Positions 26,509-41,482 of a DNA stretch of 64,000 nucleotides are shown here, one piece after another (the first letter of the stretch is position 1; every line of letters begins with the position of its first letter). A program made the translations under genes and the position numbers. This DNA is from Auanema rhodensis (Eukaryota; Animalia; Nematoda), in assembly GCA_964057225.1 (NCBI GenBank), contig OZ059898.1:6572001-6636000 (forward strand). Direction: 5' to 3'. The notes beneath the pieces are model-generated. The model was not told the DNA's origin. It saw nothing but the letters and a program-made list of their open reading frames with translations, and searched no databases.

Positions 26509-28520
26509 ATGACAGATCCCAAGCAGATTCCGTGGGATGAACGAGAAAGAATTGATGATGTAAGATATTAAATAAAATAAATTCATATATTACTAAATTT
26601 GTGTAGTCCATGATACGTAACTATGAAGCTAGGGTAAAACGTAGGAGAATATATTGTGGTCTTCGTGGTGGTCGTAATAATGATTTAATTTTCGGTATTT
26701 ATTGTTTCCGAAAATATTATTATTCAATTCTGATTTTAGCCAGCGAAAATGCTATGACGTATTTATCCGAGACATTAAGCTTGCCTCTTAAGCTGATGAA
26801 AAGCGGTAACATTTTATTGCTAAAGCGATACGCGATAAGATATTATATTTCTTTTATAGGAAAATTTGAATTGCGGCAACCTTATTCACATTACTTTAGT
26901 GAGAAATGTGCCATCCCATACACACAATCGCTAGAAAAAAGATCAACACGTGTTCTTGTGCATCCGTAAATATTCTTATGCAACCATTAATCATCTTTTC
27001 TTTTAGTGATTATTCTACTGGTCTAGAAGAAAATCCTATTCGTGTGTTCGATGATACAGAATCACTGGATATTGTTCATCCGGAACCTAAAGGATTCTGT
27101 TATATAACTAAGAATATTATACCAACTGATTTAAAAGAGTTATCTCCCGTGAATTTTCCTGCCGAGACATATATTGTAACTTATAGTCATATAACAGAAA
27201 AAATATTAACTTGTAGACATCATGCAATTGTAAAGGAAAATGCAATTCCGATTGCCTTTGCGTAAAACTTGGTCAAGAAATTAGTCTTCGAGAATGTGCC
27301 GTAAGATTTCTTAATAATTTCTATTAAAGTGATCTATAGATAATACCAGACAAGGGATGTATATTCACGAGAGGTATTCATACTAATTATGCCACAGTTT
27401 CAATATTCTGTGGAGAACATTGCGGCTGTCCCCCTGAATGCTCTAATCGTCTTTCAAATTTAATAAATCCTCAAGAGTATGAAAATATCAAATAAGGAAG
27501 GGCTAATATATTTTATTACAGATTTGAAGTTTACAAAGATGATGAGGAAGTTGGATATTGTGTAAGAACATTAACAAATATTCAATATGGTTTAGCATAA
27601 CTGATTTGTTTCTTTCTTAACTTTTTATTTGATTTAGGAGAGGTAGTATGCGAGTTCGTAGGAGAAGTAGCAACTAATTTATGTAATGAAGACTACGCGT
27701 TTAGTCTTAGTTCTGAAAATGACACACATTTTCGTGATGTGTTGTGCAGCTTGTCTGAACCTCATATTCCCGAGGTGCTTATAGCCGGTTTACTTAGTTT
27801 ATCATTTTATAAAACTTTCAGGATGCTTGGAATGCCCTACGTTTTGATAATGCCTTTATTGATCCTTACAAGTACGGGAATATAGCTAGATTATTAAAAC
27901 ACTCATGTCTTCCTAATTTAGTTCCAATCAGGTATTCTACTTTTATTTTGTTGAAAGCCTTGTTTATATCTTGATTTGAGGGCAATAGCAAATGATTGGA
28001 GACCATATATGCATCATGTATTACTTGTAGCTATCGCACCAATACCTGCTGGAACAGAAGTATCCTTCTCTACTACATCTCCCTAACTAACATCATTACC
28101 TTCAGTTAACTTTTAATTATGGCATTAGCTACTATAATCGTCTTGGTTCCAAATGCAAATGCAATTCAATTTGCTGTGGTTCAACAAAGAAGATATGGTC
28201 TTCCAAAATTCCTTATGATCAACATTCTGCTGTTGTTTATAGCTACATGAAACATCTTTACTCGATGTTAGATGCCGTAGAACAGAGACGACAAAAGAAA
28301 ATGGGAGGTCAGTTTTTTCATAATCAACTCGTATGTTTCGTTTTCTATATTCAGTTGAAGATGACGACGATTGCTTGGTAGTGGGGGTTGTACAGCGTGA
28401 TCCGTTCCAACAGATGCTAGGTTAATGATCATTTTTTAAATTTATTGGATTTTTGCTTATTTAGATTCCATAAAATGGAGTCGATCACCCCCCGCTAAGA
28501 GGCGTTGTGTGAAGGATTAG
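26509..28520 (+). CDS. Pre-SET/SET/post-SET histone lysine methyltransferase (SUV39-like superfamily)
   Basis: Cys-rich pre-SET (CNCKGKCNSDCLC; CGEHCGCPPECSNR), GYCVRT, CEFVGEV, IDPYKYGNIARLLKHSCLPNL, ELTFNYG, post-SET CKCNSICC. Confidence 0.85.
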
Positions 28521-28591
28521 GATAAAATTTATTCATGATAGTGAACACTGAAAATAGTTATCCATATAATAATTTATGCATGTTACGTCTT

Positions 28592-30598
28592 TCAGCTTAA
28601 CACGAAGTCTATGTTCAATCTTATGTACTTTTTGAATATGTTTATTTCTGAATTGTCTGCAAATATTGGTCTCATTTAATAAACATTTTTAGAATATAAC
28701 CTGATATAGTTACATTATCCAGGATAGGAATTGGTATTCCTGTCTTTAGCACTGTGTCCACCAATACTTTTGTGGTCATTTTGAAAATATTATTGAATAC
28801 CGAGAGAAAACTTAATAATTGATCATTGAATTATGCAATTATTTGGATAAACATACGTTGGTGACATGTCCCCAATTGTTGAAAAATCTTGACGTAAATC
28901 AACTTCAGTTTCATTTAGCACACCAATGATACGATGACCAGAGATAGACGGTATTACTGAGGAAGAAGAATGTAACACTAGAAAAATTAAAAGATAAATT
29001 TGAAAAAGAAAATAGTTATGCCTAAACGAGCTAGTGGTTTTGGATTAGTTTTCAGAGGAAATATGTGTATATCCACAGCAAAGGTTACATTAGCTCTATA
29101 AAATTCAAAATATTTTTTAAAACGCTAAATTAAGTAATAAATGAATTTACCTAGCATCTCCTTCTTCAAAAATGAGAAGAGGGTCTTCAAAAGTATGAAA
29201 AAACAAATCAACATATTGCTTAGGAAATCTTTTCTTCAGTTCGGGAAAGAATTTTCCAATACAAATTGAAAGGAGGGAACAACTACAAGAGATATCATTG
29301 AAAACCAAAGTGTTTCTCCTACCTGGTTTGCAAATAATTTTCAACTTCTGGGATATCTTTCGTGACCAAGAAATGAACAAGTTGTCCTCGGTGAGCAGAC
29401 CGTAACAAGCAATTTGGAACTGACTGACTCACCCATACTGTTATCATTCGAGGATCGTTTCCAGCATCTGTGAATTAGAAATTTGATTCAAAAGAGTCAA
29501 TGAAAAAAATAATAAGATTTAAGTACTAACCAGTCCATTCTCCATAATGTTTTGGGATACATTTAGTATCACTGTACACAACATCTGCAGAAATATCAGC
29601 TTCAACATATTTTCTAAAATATTTTTAAAATATTTATTAATCAATTAGAAAAAATGATTACGTTGTAAACTTAGGATTACCATCTAAAGAATAATCTGCA
29701 TAAAAGTTTCTTCCAATTGGAATATGAGTAGGCAGACTATGTATAAAATCATTGGCTTGAATTAAAAATATTGTTTCAGCGGCGATACAAGCCTGAAATA
29801 ATATTCATTTTCGAAATAATTAGGAAAAGAACAAACTTGGGAATTAATAATATCTTTAAGAGCAGCGGATAAAGGTGTACGGAATAAATTTACAAGCCAT
29901 GGTACAATTCCACCACCAATTCTGAAGAGTTGAAAGTAGATTGTTGTTGTTGTTTGTTTTATAAACATACTCTACACTTAAATCCTCAATTTCAGCTTTA
30001 CATTCTCCAATATGAAATTGTGGTTTGTTATCAATCATATACACAGATGCACCCAAATATACATTTAGACCTACAGCTATACTTTTAACCCATCCATCTT
30101 CATAAAACTGAAGGTAAATTTTAACTTTTAAGATATTACTCCTTATATTACTGGCAAGATTATCGCATATTCAGCTAACCAATCACCAGTGATTTTTACA
30201 GCCCCACCAGAAGATTTCCAGAATATTCCATTATCACGAAGTTCAAAATCAATGCTAGCACAAAAATAATAGTTTGGACCGTAAAAACAACTAACTGTGG
30301 TGTTTGAAATTTAACAATTTTTAAATTGTTTGCAGATACACTTCCATTACCAGGCCCATCATTTATAGGAATTGTAATATTGGGTATCACAATTTTAGGA
30401 ATTTCAGCATCAATCTAAGCAATTAAAGCTTGTATGCTATGCTTTATATCTTCATATATATCAACTTACTAAATAATGGCCAGCTTTACTGAAAAACTCA
30501 AACACAGGTCGACTGGCACGAACTTTTATCGAACTGTTAGATGTACAACTTGGAATTGCGAATAGAAAAAGATATATTAGTTTGAGTATATTCCACAT
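28592..30598 (-). CDS. BPI/LBP/CETP-family lipid-binding protein
   Basis: Signal peptide, [13 protein letters not shown]...[59 protein letters not shown]. Confidence 0.85.
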
Positions 30599-31303
30599 AG
30601 CTAGAAATATGGAAAAATAAAGCAAAGAATAACTGAAGAATGGTCAATAAGTATGGAGAAGATCATTTTTCAAAATATAAACTGTCCCTTGGTTACTGGA
30701 CAAGGGAAATAATAAACTAAACGAGGAGAAACTGAAATACTCATGGCATCATCTGATTTTTCAAAAAAAAATTTATAATCGTAATTTGAGAATTAAATAG
30801 TTGTATATATTATAGAAAAACGTTATTTGATCATGAAATCAACAGAAGAAGTGTATAAATCATATAATTTAAAACAACCAAAAACTTTGATTACAACGCA
30901 TATATTATTAGCTTTGACTATATTATAACATGAGTAAAATTTAAAAAAAAAAAAATAAACAAAAACACAACCGATCTCATTTTTTTTTCAAATAAAAAGG
31001 AAATATGGTCGGAATAAAAACAAAATTATATCTACATTTAACTAATGATATATACATACTTAACAATGAATAAATAATAAAAACAAAAAAGACAACATTA
31101 AAACCGTGAAAATGAGTTTCATATTTTTATGGGAATGTCTTAAAATAAAATCGATGAGTACATGACTAGATTGGAGGAGATTGAATGGCGATAGATCAAT
31201 GTAAGAATTATTATCACAACATAACTTTTTTTCCTAAAAAAGTGAGAAAGACAAAATGAAGATATTATTTAAAGGTTAATGAGTTTTGTAAATTGTACGG
31301 CTA

Positions 31304-34300
31304 TTAAGGATATGGAAATAAGAAAGGATTTTGACTTTGTTGCGACAAAAAGTTTAATGCTAAAGGCATATATTGAACATGATTGCTTCCTATGTAAGGA
31401 AAACTGATAGAACTATCTGGTGATTCACTTGGATAGAAAACATTAGGAAATGGTGTTGGATATTGAAAAGCTCTCTGAGTTCTGGGTGTATCAGATTGAT
31501 TAACCAGATTCGGTATTCTTCTGCGCATGCCTTGTCCAGGATTAGGTGAATTGTGATATGTTCCTTGGACATCAATTGGATAAGAAGGAGGATGTTGATT
31601 GAAGAGAGCAGGAATAACATCGCGATTTTGAGAATTATTGTTTGCAGTGGCTTCAGGTCTCATAACCATCTGAGGTGTGATCCTTGATCGATCAATGTCA
31701 CATTGATTTACAGGTACATCGTTGTAAACTCGTAAGTGATCTAAAGATTCAAAAATTAAATTTTTTGTTTGTTTTAGAATTACTTGAACGAGGTATATTG
31801 TTATTACGAAATGGAACAGGTCGAGCTTCTTGAGCAGAATGAGAAGCAAATGATTGTTCAGCATGTGCAGGTGGAATGTAAGGTTGCGTTCTTTCAGCAA
31901 TGCTATTTTCATTCTCTTCCATAACTGGTCTTGTTAGCAGAGAATCTGAAAACTTTGATTTAACTTGAATGGAAAGAGTATTTCAAATTTTACTTTGTTC
32001 ACTAATTTGTTCCAATGGTACAATTGGAGGAGAAAATAGATCATAACAATTGATTGGACATATGCCTGATCTTACGGTAGGATGATGAAGACAGTCTTGT
32101 AATTGATTCTTGTTTATTCTCAAATCAATGAGTAAAGGATTATTTTCATCAGGAGTTGCTACTAAAAAGAAAAAAATTTTGCGAAGTAAAGTCTTCATTA
32201 GAGATATACCATTGCTAGTTGCTGGTTGCATAGTCATTTGGTTCATAGTGCACTGTTGGTTTTCCGTTGCTTCAGCTGATGAAGTAGATGGTACTGGCTC
32301 CATTGAATGTATAAGAGATTTACGCAAATATGTATCCGTTATCGGGTACAAGCATTCCAGATTGATAGTTTCATTTTTAAATGAGTTTATATCTTGGTAA
32401 GAATCTACTGTTGTAGAAGGATTCGCAACGGGTGAGCTCATAAGTTGTGGACACCAAAGCGGTTTATTTCCATATTTAGCATTTTGAGAAGGTTCAACAG
32501 GTTTAGAAGATGGAGTGGTTGGTGTATTATTTGCTATCTTTGCTTTATCATTATCTTCAGAAGTATATGCGAGATCTTGACTTTGTGTAGCATCAAGATG
32601 CGTTAGTTTCTTTGGTGGATTCAATAAAGGTATCAAATAGTGATTTTCGTGTTGGCTGTCATTTAATAATGTGAATAGTTGTGATCCAAGTGTACAGGTA
32701 TTGCTACCGGTACATGATTTTGCAAGCAGAATGTTGGTACAATCAACTGTAGATGTTAGAATTCCGTCTTTTGTCCGATGAGTGATTGCGGCACATAAAA
32801 TTCTCAAAAGAGAAATAAAAGCGTTTCCTGGATGAATATCAATGTCATCCAAACCTTTTACATTGATATGAGCATTTTGAATCAAATGTGCTATGTCTTC
32901 AAAATGATCTAATTGAGCTTTCTCGTGAAGAATAATATCATATTTCCTAGAAATATCTGCAAGTTTCGATATGCAGAAAGCTTGCATGTGCTCAGATATA
33001 TGAGGAGGATATGTTGACAGCTTTATGACAAACATGCGAACTTTTGAACATGTTATCAAGATGATATGTACATGATCGTCTGATAAGTTTTTAACGAGAA
33101 TAATGTTCTCTGAAGAATTCACAATCGATCTCGAACTACGTGAAAGTAACATAAAAAGTTTAAGTTGTTCAAGTTTATTTGATCCACAGCTGCTATTCAA
33201 TTTATTGTAACCGCATGGTTCTTGATGAATATCAAATACTTCCAGATTATCTTGAGCATGATAATTAGCAGTTAATCCAATTGATGTAAACATTTTTTGA
33301 ATGTCATTCTTCGAAGTCTCAATGTTTAGAAACAAATTTTCAGTTATTAAGAACTTCATCTGAGTGTTTACTGAATAACAGAGTGCTATTTCACCCGTGA
33401 AATCAGGATTATCAAACTTTAATTCCTCCAACAAGTCCAAAATTGAAAACTTTGGAGTCACCTTCTTCAGCACATTCATGTTCATTTTGTTTTTTTTCGC
33501 TAATTTCCGACGAAAAAGCTTCATTTTTCTTGTTTGAAGTCTTACTTTTGCAATCTTATTCCTTTGAGCTTTTTCAATCCAACCTCTTTTTACTCTTGAT
33601 TTCAAACGAGGGAAAAATGTCTCACTTATGATAGTACATGCTTTAGCCCATGATCTTAGTTCCTTATTGCGCTTTTCTCCCAAAGTTAAAGGTTTCTAAA
33701 AGCATTTTTTATGAATAAATACAATGAGAACCAAATCATTCTTACCGTTTGTAAAATTGTATTGTTAGTAACTGGAGAAGAGCTTCGTGAATTACTTTCT
33801 TCATTTTCATCTTCAGTTAAATCATTTAAATTTTGATCTATTATTTGTTCTAAATGATCATTATATCGTATACGTTTTGTAATTGGATATTGATAAGAAC
33901 CTAAATATAAAAAAAGTTTATATTAATCTAAAACTTTAAAAAACTTGACATACTGTTATTATTCTTCCGTTTTGAGCATTGTTCCATATCATCATTTAAC
34001 ATATTTGTTGTTGATTCTTCAATATATTTGAGCGTCATACTCGATGCATCTATTTCAAATTTTGAATATGATGACAAAGGTGCTGATTTCTGTTTGGCAA
34101 ATGTGCACTGTTTAGATCGTTGGAAATCAAGTAATCCATTTTCACGAGCAGATTCGTTGAAAGCTTCAATTTGGCAAGGTTCCATAAGTTCTTCGATTGT
34201 GTTAGTAGTTCTGCTGCGGCCATCTCCATGATTAGTGTACTTTTTAAGTTCAGCACTGGTTTTTAAATAGATATTCTCTATTTCTGTGTTATCAGAATCC

Positions 34301-37246
34301 AAAAGTTCCACAGGTGCTAATGTTGAGGCAGTATCTGCTCCAAGATAAGCATTGTCTATAAGCTCAGTAAGAGTTATGAGTGTTGTTTCATTTTGAATAG
34401 GTGAAGTTGGCGAGATCTCTGATTCCGTAGCGGTTATCAGAGAGACATTGTCAGCTTCAAAGTCAGCGAGCTCCATGACTTCCACAATACTTGACGTAGA
34501 TGCATTATCGATTTCCACATCACTAGACTCATTGAGTTCCGCAGTAGTGGTCGTAGATGCATTATCAGCACCAAGATAAGCATTATCTATAAGCTCAGTA
34601 AGGGATATTGGTGTAGTACAAACTTGAACAGAAGGAAATTGTACAATCTCCGATTCCGCATCGATTATCAGAGAAACATTGTCAGCATCCGATTCTCCGG
34701 TTTTTTCTGTGTTTGAAATAGAAGTAGTTTCAACTGGAAGATCATCAATTGGAAGAGCATCATAGTCTCTGAGCTCCACAGTGATTTCTGGACTAGGGGC
34801 TTCGTCCGCTTGATGATTATCATGTTCTATTATCTCCAGGGGAAGAGCCGTTGATTTGTCAGGGACATTCGTAATAGTTCCAACACGATTAAGTTCATTC
34901 TCCAAATCTTGAAACTCTTCATGATTCGATGGTAACATTTGACATATTGCTAATGTTGTTTTGCTGGTAAAATCAGTAATTTGAGGATGAATCTTAGAGA
35001 GCAATCTATTCAAATAGTAAATGACGTTGAGAGGCAAACACTTGGAATCCAAAAACTGACGAAAACTTTTCTTCATTGATTTGATGTTTTGTTTACAAAT
35101 ATTGTAAGATGTTACGTGAATTATGGATAATGTCACCAAACAGTTTGATTTGAACAGCTTATGACTTGAATTGAAGAGATGTTGAAAGTTAATTAAGATA
35201 TTGAAGTTGGAAATAAGTAATATTTTTAGAATCTTGTCTGTTTTATTTGTTCTTATTTTTCTATATTCTTCAGCAACTTCTTCAGTTGTACGCATATTTT
35301 TGCTCAATTCGAGAGCATAGTACGTATCTTGTAAACTAGCCAATGAACTTATGAAACACCATAAGCTGACCAGAACAACGAATGCGTGAATTCGTGACTT
35401 TTGATGAAATGTTGAATCTATCCATTGTTTAATCATTGGAACTGGTTCATGATAAAATAGGAATAGTAGTTCAAATATTTGATTGTTAGAAGAAGAAGAA
35501 GAAGAAGAACTGTTATCCTCATCTATAAAATATATATTAAGAAATAAATAAAGTTATAAATCTATATTATATACCTGCAAGTAGCTCATCGTTATCTATA
35601 AGCTCATGAGGAATTACGAAAATCGGCAAAACAATATGCTTCAATTGATTCTCATAGGGTGATGAATCATAATTCGGATCAACTTGTGAAAAGACCCAGT
35701 TATCCAATATCCTCCAGGCAGAAGCAGTTGATAAAGCCGAAAAAGATGATATATCATCAGATTTGTCATTGATGAAAATTGGACGAGAATTCATTATAAA
35801 TATTGATATTTCAATTTCTATCGTATAATTAGTTTGATCACTGTTCCATAGTACATCAATATTGATGTTTGTTGTATTTCTCTCATATACAGGGCAATTT
35901 TGCAATTTACGTCTCTCATCTATGCTTGCCAATATACTCTTATAGTATGATAAGAATGGATTTGATGTTGTCTGTTTTAGCTTCAGAATCAAATCTCCAT
36001 CTGCTCGGAAGCGGAATCTTCTTGATTTCATGCTCTTTGTAGGAATATTGGAATCAGCGGATACAATGACTTTCTCAGGCGAGCACTGCTCAATCACACG
36101 ACGAAGAGCTTTTTGTGGTGTAGCTCTCTTTGCTGATGTTACGATTTGAATTGAATTAATAGAAGAATTTAAGCAATCTTCTTCATCAATATTCCGTTCG
36201 ATTATGTGAACCAAATTACTAGAAATAGCAACATAACAGAATTTTGCTTCTGAATACTTTGATTCAGGATATTTAGACATCACCACTGGCTTATCACTAA
36301 TGGTATCAATGATAATAAAGTTAGTAAGAGAGCCAAAAACAGCAACACTCGTCTCTCGAAATAGCAGAATGGATCCAGATAATATGGTTTTTCTCCAATC
36401 GCTTTGGAAGGAACAACGATACAAGTGATATTTCTGCTTCAGATAACAACTTATATTTATGCTTGGATCATGACTTATTTTAATATTTTTGAATTGAATG
36501 AACGTGTAGACGACATTTGCTCTCAAATATTGAGAAATTAGAAATTGGCTCAGAGGTTGACCATATTCTTTAGGTGATACGCATGATACTGCTTCAGAAA
36601 ATGAATCAACGACAGATGATTGTGACGAAGACGATAGATATAAAAGATTTTTAGAAATTCTTTTTGATATTAGTTTTGCTATTGTAGGCCTTGCATCGTT
36701 GTCTATGCTTTCAGGTATTTGGCACATGCCTAACTTAGTTGTAAGCTGTTTAGTCGATATCGTCGTTGATTCATGAGCAATTGTCTTTTCTTTCTGCTTT
36801 TCTTGAATATGAAGCCTTAAGAGGGGAAGTTAAATTTAAATTAAATTAAAAATCATACATTATTGGTTTATCATTATTAGAAGTGCTGTCATTTGTTACA
36901 GTATTTACATGAGTTCTCCTTTTAGCATGTGATGATTTCATACCTAAATTTATAATAATAATTATTATTTAAATTTAAATATTTACATAATTTCTTTGTA
37001 TTATTTGTCTTATTGTGACAATCATTATTCCATTTAGTTGATGTCATCATCATACATGATGATACAATAGTCGAATCATTATTACTTTGTTCTTTTACAT
37101 TCTCATTTATCATCATTGTTATACATTCTAAAAATAAAATTAAAAATAAATAAATATATATATATAATAATTGGATATATTTAATTACTCTTTCTTGAAC
37201 ATTCTGATTTGTTGCTTCCAACTTCATAATTAGATTTTGAATTCAT
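31304..37246 (-). CDS. Large uncharacterised protein with very long exons and internal acidic repeats
   Basis: Co-oriented ORFs of 386, 502, 566 and 202 aa separated by short AT-rich intron-like gaps; no recognised domain; exact splice pattern uncertain. Confidence 0.65.
34280..34695 (-). repeat. Coding tandem duplication: 231-nt (77-aa) unit with 57-nt (19-aa) sub-repeat
   Basis: ADNVSLI...ESEI...LTELIDNAYLGAD.AST occurs twice (caagataagc at 34341 and 34572); cgtagatgcattatc at 34495 and 34552. Confidence 0.85.
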
Positions 37247-40099
37247 CTCTATAGTTGAATGTTTCACAGCTGCAATCAATTTAATATAATTTAAAATAAA
37301 AAAAAATGTTTTATAAGTTACCATAAACTTCATTTTGACTATTCTTCTTTTCAAAACTTTTCTTATTTCAATTCTAAAAATATTTCAAAGTATTTTGATT
37401 TTATATAAAATAATTTTTAATAAACTTCTTAAGAATATGTAATAATATAAATAAATATATATGTATATATGTATATAATCATAAATAAAATAAAAATTTT
37501 TAACAACATCTAACATCTCTGACACAAACTCTCATCTCATTCAGATTTTGAAGTGATCTCTTACATATATTTCTTTCTTTATCTTCTATCTTTATATAAA
37601 AATGTTTAATAATGCTTCTTGAAATGCTTCATAGCCTATATGGTTCATATGATTAGTTATCAATTTTGGGAGATATTCTCAAGAATATTAGAAAAAAATA
37701 CTTTCAATTAACATCATTTTTATTGTTTTTAAGATAAAGTTCAACTTTCAATATAGAAACAAATGTATATTAGAATTGGTTTTTGGGTTTTTGTTTTGTT
37801 TTTTTATTCGTAATTTGGTTTATAAAAATAAATTATCTTTTTCGAAATATGAAAGAATTTCAATTAAATTGAGAAAAACTAGAAGATATACGTAAGTATG
37901 CAAATACGTATAAAAACACGTGAAAACCCGTGAAAAAAGTTAAAATAGCGCAAAAACTTATTTGTTGAACACAAGCCTAGCAAAACGGTTGTACAAAATG
38001 GATAATCCTAATGATTATAATAATCTAACTATATATATATATATATATATCATCTTCTAATTATTTCATCATATAATTAATATAAATTATAAATTATATT
38101 ATAAATAGTAAAGCAATAGATTAAGAGAATAGATACCGATTGGGATTGATGAAAACTTGCCAAAAGAGAGATTAGGTAAATCATTAATAGGAAGTAAACG
38201 GAAAGATTTCTACCCTTCCATTCAGGGACAGGATAAGAGTTAAATCGGAGATATGGCAACGGTTGAAAGTATAGTTAATGGTAATAGAAGATAATTTCAT
38301 ATCAATCATTTCGTATAAATTGAATTCAAAACAAATAAATATTTGAATGTAATGAATGAAAGCAACATAAAGATTATAAAGACAAATAAAGAAATACGAA
38401 AAATAAAATACAAATGTAATGACGATTGATCAATATATTGAAATAATCGTATGTTATAACAGAAAAGAGAAGGCAGACGACTAAGAAGAATTGACTTTAT
38501 TAGACTTTGACTATTGGATACACGCGAAAGAGCACCTGCCTTTTGCTCATATTAGGTCTGCCAACTAATCCGACTAAAATGGCATGATACTCAGCTGGTG
38601 CACATGGCTGGGCGGTGAAAAAAAAAACTAGACCAAGGGATAAAGATGCAGCAATTATGTGCTAATTCTGTTCGAGCAATCCCATTGAAAGGCAATCTTA
38701 TTGAATATAAGAAAAAAAGCTGGAATATGTCCCGGAATAAACATTATAAACTATAAAAGTTCATGATTGAAAGGTCATTTTGACAATATTCAGCAATGAT
38801 ATTTCAGCTTTTACAATCTCCTTGGAAACGACTTTGTTAGTTGCTGCAGTGCAAATTTTAATTTGAATCATCTGTTTATTCCAATTTCATATATCATAAT
38901 ACAGTTTTGGTTTCATACAAGAAGAAATGTTTTGATTCATAAATTTATAAGGAATAGTTAATGGGAGGAGGAGCTTAATGATGGGCGTGACGTATACCGT
39001 TGTCCAAAATTAGCCAGTTGCTAGTTATGTGTTTGAAAATGTTGAAAAACAATTTCAATCATAGTGTGAGGTTTTGATGTTTATATTAAATATTTCATTT
39101 TAATGAGAATATTAAGGAAATGAAGATATATTATAATCATAAAATGTATTCTAATTATATTTCTTATATATACATCATTAAGGCATTAGTTGGAAATGAA
39201 TTTTTGTAATTAGAGAACTTGAGAATTTGACACCTTAAGATATGACTAATAAGGTTAGTAAAATTGAGAATTTGTAGTTGAGAAACAAAATAAAGACAAA
39301 AATAATTGATAAACATTTAGAAAATGATGAATTTGAGTTTTTATTTCTAAGGAAATAAATAAAGAAAATCAAATGTGATTCAATGAATTGCTAATGGTAT
39401 TGGTAAAAACAACAATTGAAAAGAACAAACGATATATTGAAATAATTTAAAATATATTGATTGAAAAGCATCAACTGTATATGAAAATATAAGAAATGAG
39501 AACTTATAGTCAACATAGTTTAAGTTTAGACAATGCTTATATAAGAAGTAGAAGAAGTTTGATGTCATTGACTGTCGATGTCAAGTAAAAATGATTCAAT
39601 GATATTGATTTCAAGTAAATATCCAAAATTACAAGTTATAGATGAAAATTATTTCAAAAACAAGGAAAATTTAAAAAGAAATAATAAAAGTATAAATGAA
39701 ATGATTATTGAATAAGACAGGCAGGATTAAAAGAAAAAGTTGATGCTATTTCGATAAAGATATAAGCTGAAAAAGAATAAATAGTTAGGACACTAATCAT
39801 TGAATAGACAAAAAAAAGATTAAAAGAAGATAGGTGTTGTGAGTACCGTCTTCTATGAAGAACGACTCACAAATGGCTCTTACATTTGACAATCCGATTA
39901 ATACAAATGATGTTGTGGGAGGAGCTACCAGCAGATTCAGATGACGAGGAAAGAAAAGAAAAAACATTTGAGAAAAAATAAAATGAACATGAGAGATGTA
40001 AAGTAGTTAGAGATCATATAAGTTTAAGAAAAATCTAAATATATATAGATATATGTGATATGAGAAAAAGAGCAGAGATGAATATATAGAGAAATATTG

Positions 40100-40100
40100 A

Positions 40101-40172
<72 letters not shown>
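40100..40172. repeat. (GA)n microsatellite
   Basis: About 35 GA units. Confidence 0.95.
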
Positions 40173-40177
<5 letters not shown>

Positions 40178-41302
40178 TCTAGTCTCTTCTTATTAAATTG
40201 TAAAATGAAGCAAATAATTATGAGCAAGATGCAATAGAAGGGTATGACTCTTCAGATTAGCTATTGAACTAGTTACCTCAGTTTACTAATGAGCACAGCA
40301 GATTTCCCATAATAATTGAAAGAGTCCAATGGTATACGTAAATGTGAGAAATTATATTCAAAAGAATTATCAAAAATGGCTTATAGCTAATAGAATTTTT
40401 CTTTCAAAATTATTTCAAAAGAAAAAAAAATTTCTGAGAAATTTTGAATACATCCTTGTAAAGCTTTTACACCTACTTTGATGTATATATATGTATGTAC
40501 CTTACTATACAATTTAAAATCAATTTTTCTAAATTAGATTATTATTTCAGTATTTGTAAATTAGATTTGTTAAAATGACATTCAATAATTTAAAAATGAA
40601 AGGCAAACGAAGTTGATACTTCGTGAGGAAGAAGGCATTTTGATGAAAAAAGGACTGAGAAATGAGTAATTGGGATGAAAAAAATATTAAAAAACGATGA
40701 ATAATATGAAGACGAGATATAACTTTTACAAAAGCAAAAGTGCAAATAAAGATGAAGTAGATGAAATGAGTTTATACATGTGATGTCAAGCCAAATGAAG
40801 ATAAAATAGCTTGAACATGAGTTACCCTCATGCCATCTATGTATGCCAAATTGGCATTTGGCCAAAGCAGCCCTTATTAGTCTTATTAATTTTGCTTTTA
40901 TTTCTTCATCTAAATTCAGTTGTATATACATATACTATAGGTTTTGAAGAAAATAATGTTTTAGGAATATTCTTTTATACGTTGTCGACTTTTCTTTGAT
41001 ATATTCTAACTCTTCTTCATTCATATATAGATAAATATTTATATAAATCAAGTAATACAGCTCTTGAATAAGAATGGATTATCCGGGTAGCATTTGAGAA
41101 AAACCAATTTCTTTAGTTTTTCAAATTTATGAGTAAAATGAAAAGCCAATTAAAGGAAGATATAGAAAGGGCAAAAAAGGGAATTGAATATACATATACA
41201 AACTATATAGTATATAGTATATACATATATATGGATAATATGATTATTTTAGTATTTCTATATATAAATTTCAAAAAAAAAATTAAAATGTTCTTTCATA
41301 TA

Positions 41303-41482
41303 AGTAGTATAGGAATGAGGGATTATACTACCATTTTCGACTTTTACAGTCATTTCAATACATTTTCATTCTCTGAAGTCACTATAAAGCCTCATTTACA
41401 ACACTTTCTTGAAAAAACGTGTGAAATGAGTAAATTTTAAGTCTTAAAAAGTGCTCATTTTCAATAATTTTTACGGGGATTT
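41303..41482 (+). mobile_element. Maverick/Polinton terminal repeat fragment (copy A)
   Basis: Begins AGTAGT; 180-bp near-identical direct copy of 43901-44080 (two mismatches seen). Confidence 0.7.

Noticed and set aside
40024-40227. SLSLSL ORF (also the YIYIYI ORFs near 22350)
   Set aside because: Translation of microsatellites
37400-41290. Short ORFs in the gene-free interval
   Set aside because: Low-complexity AT-rich translations with no coherent exon chain
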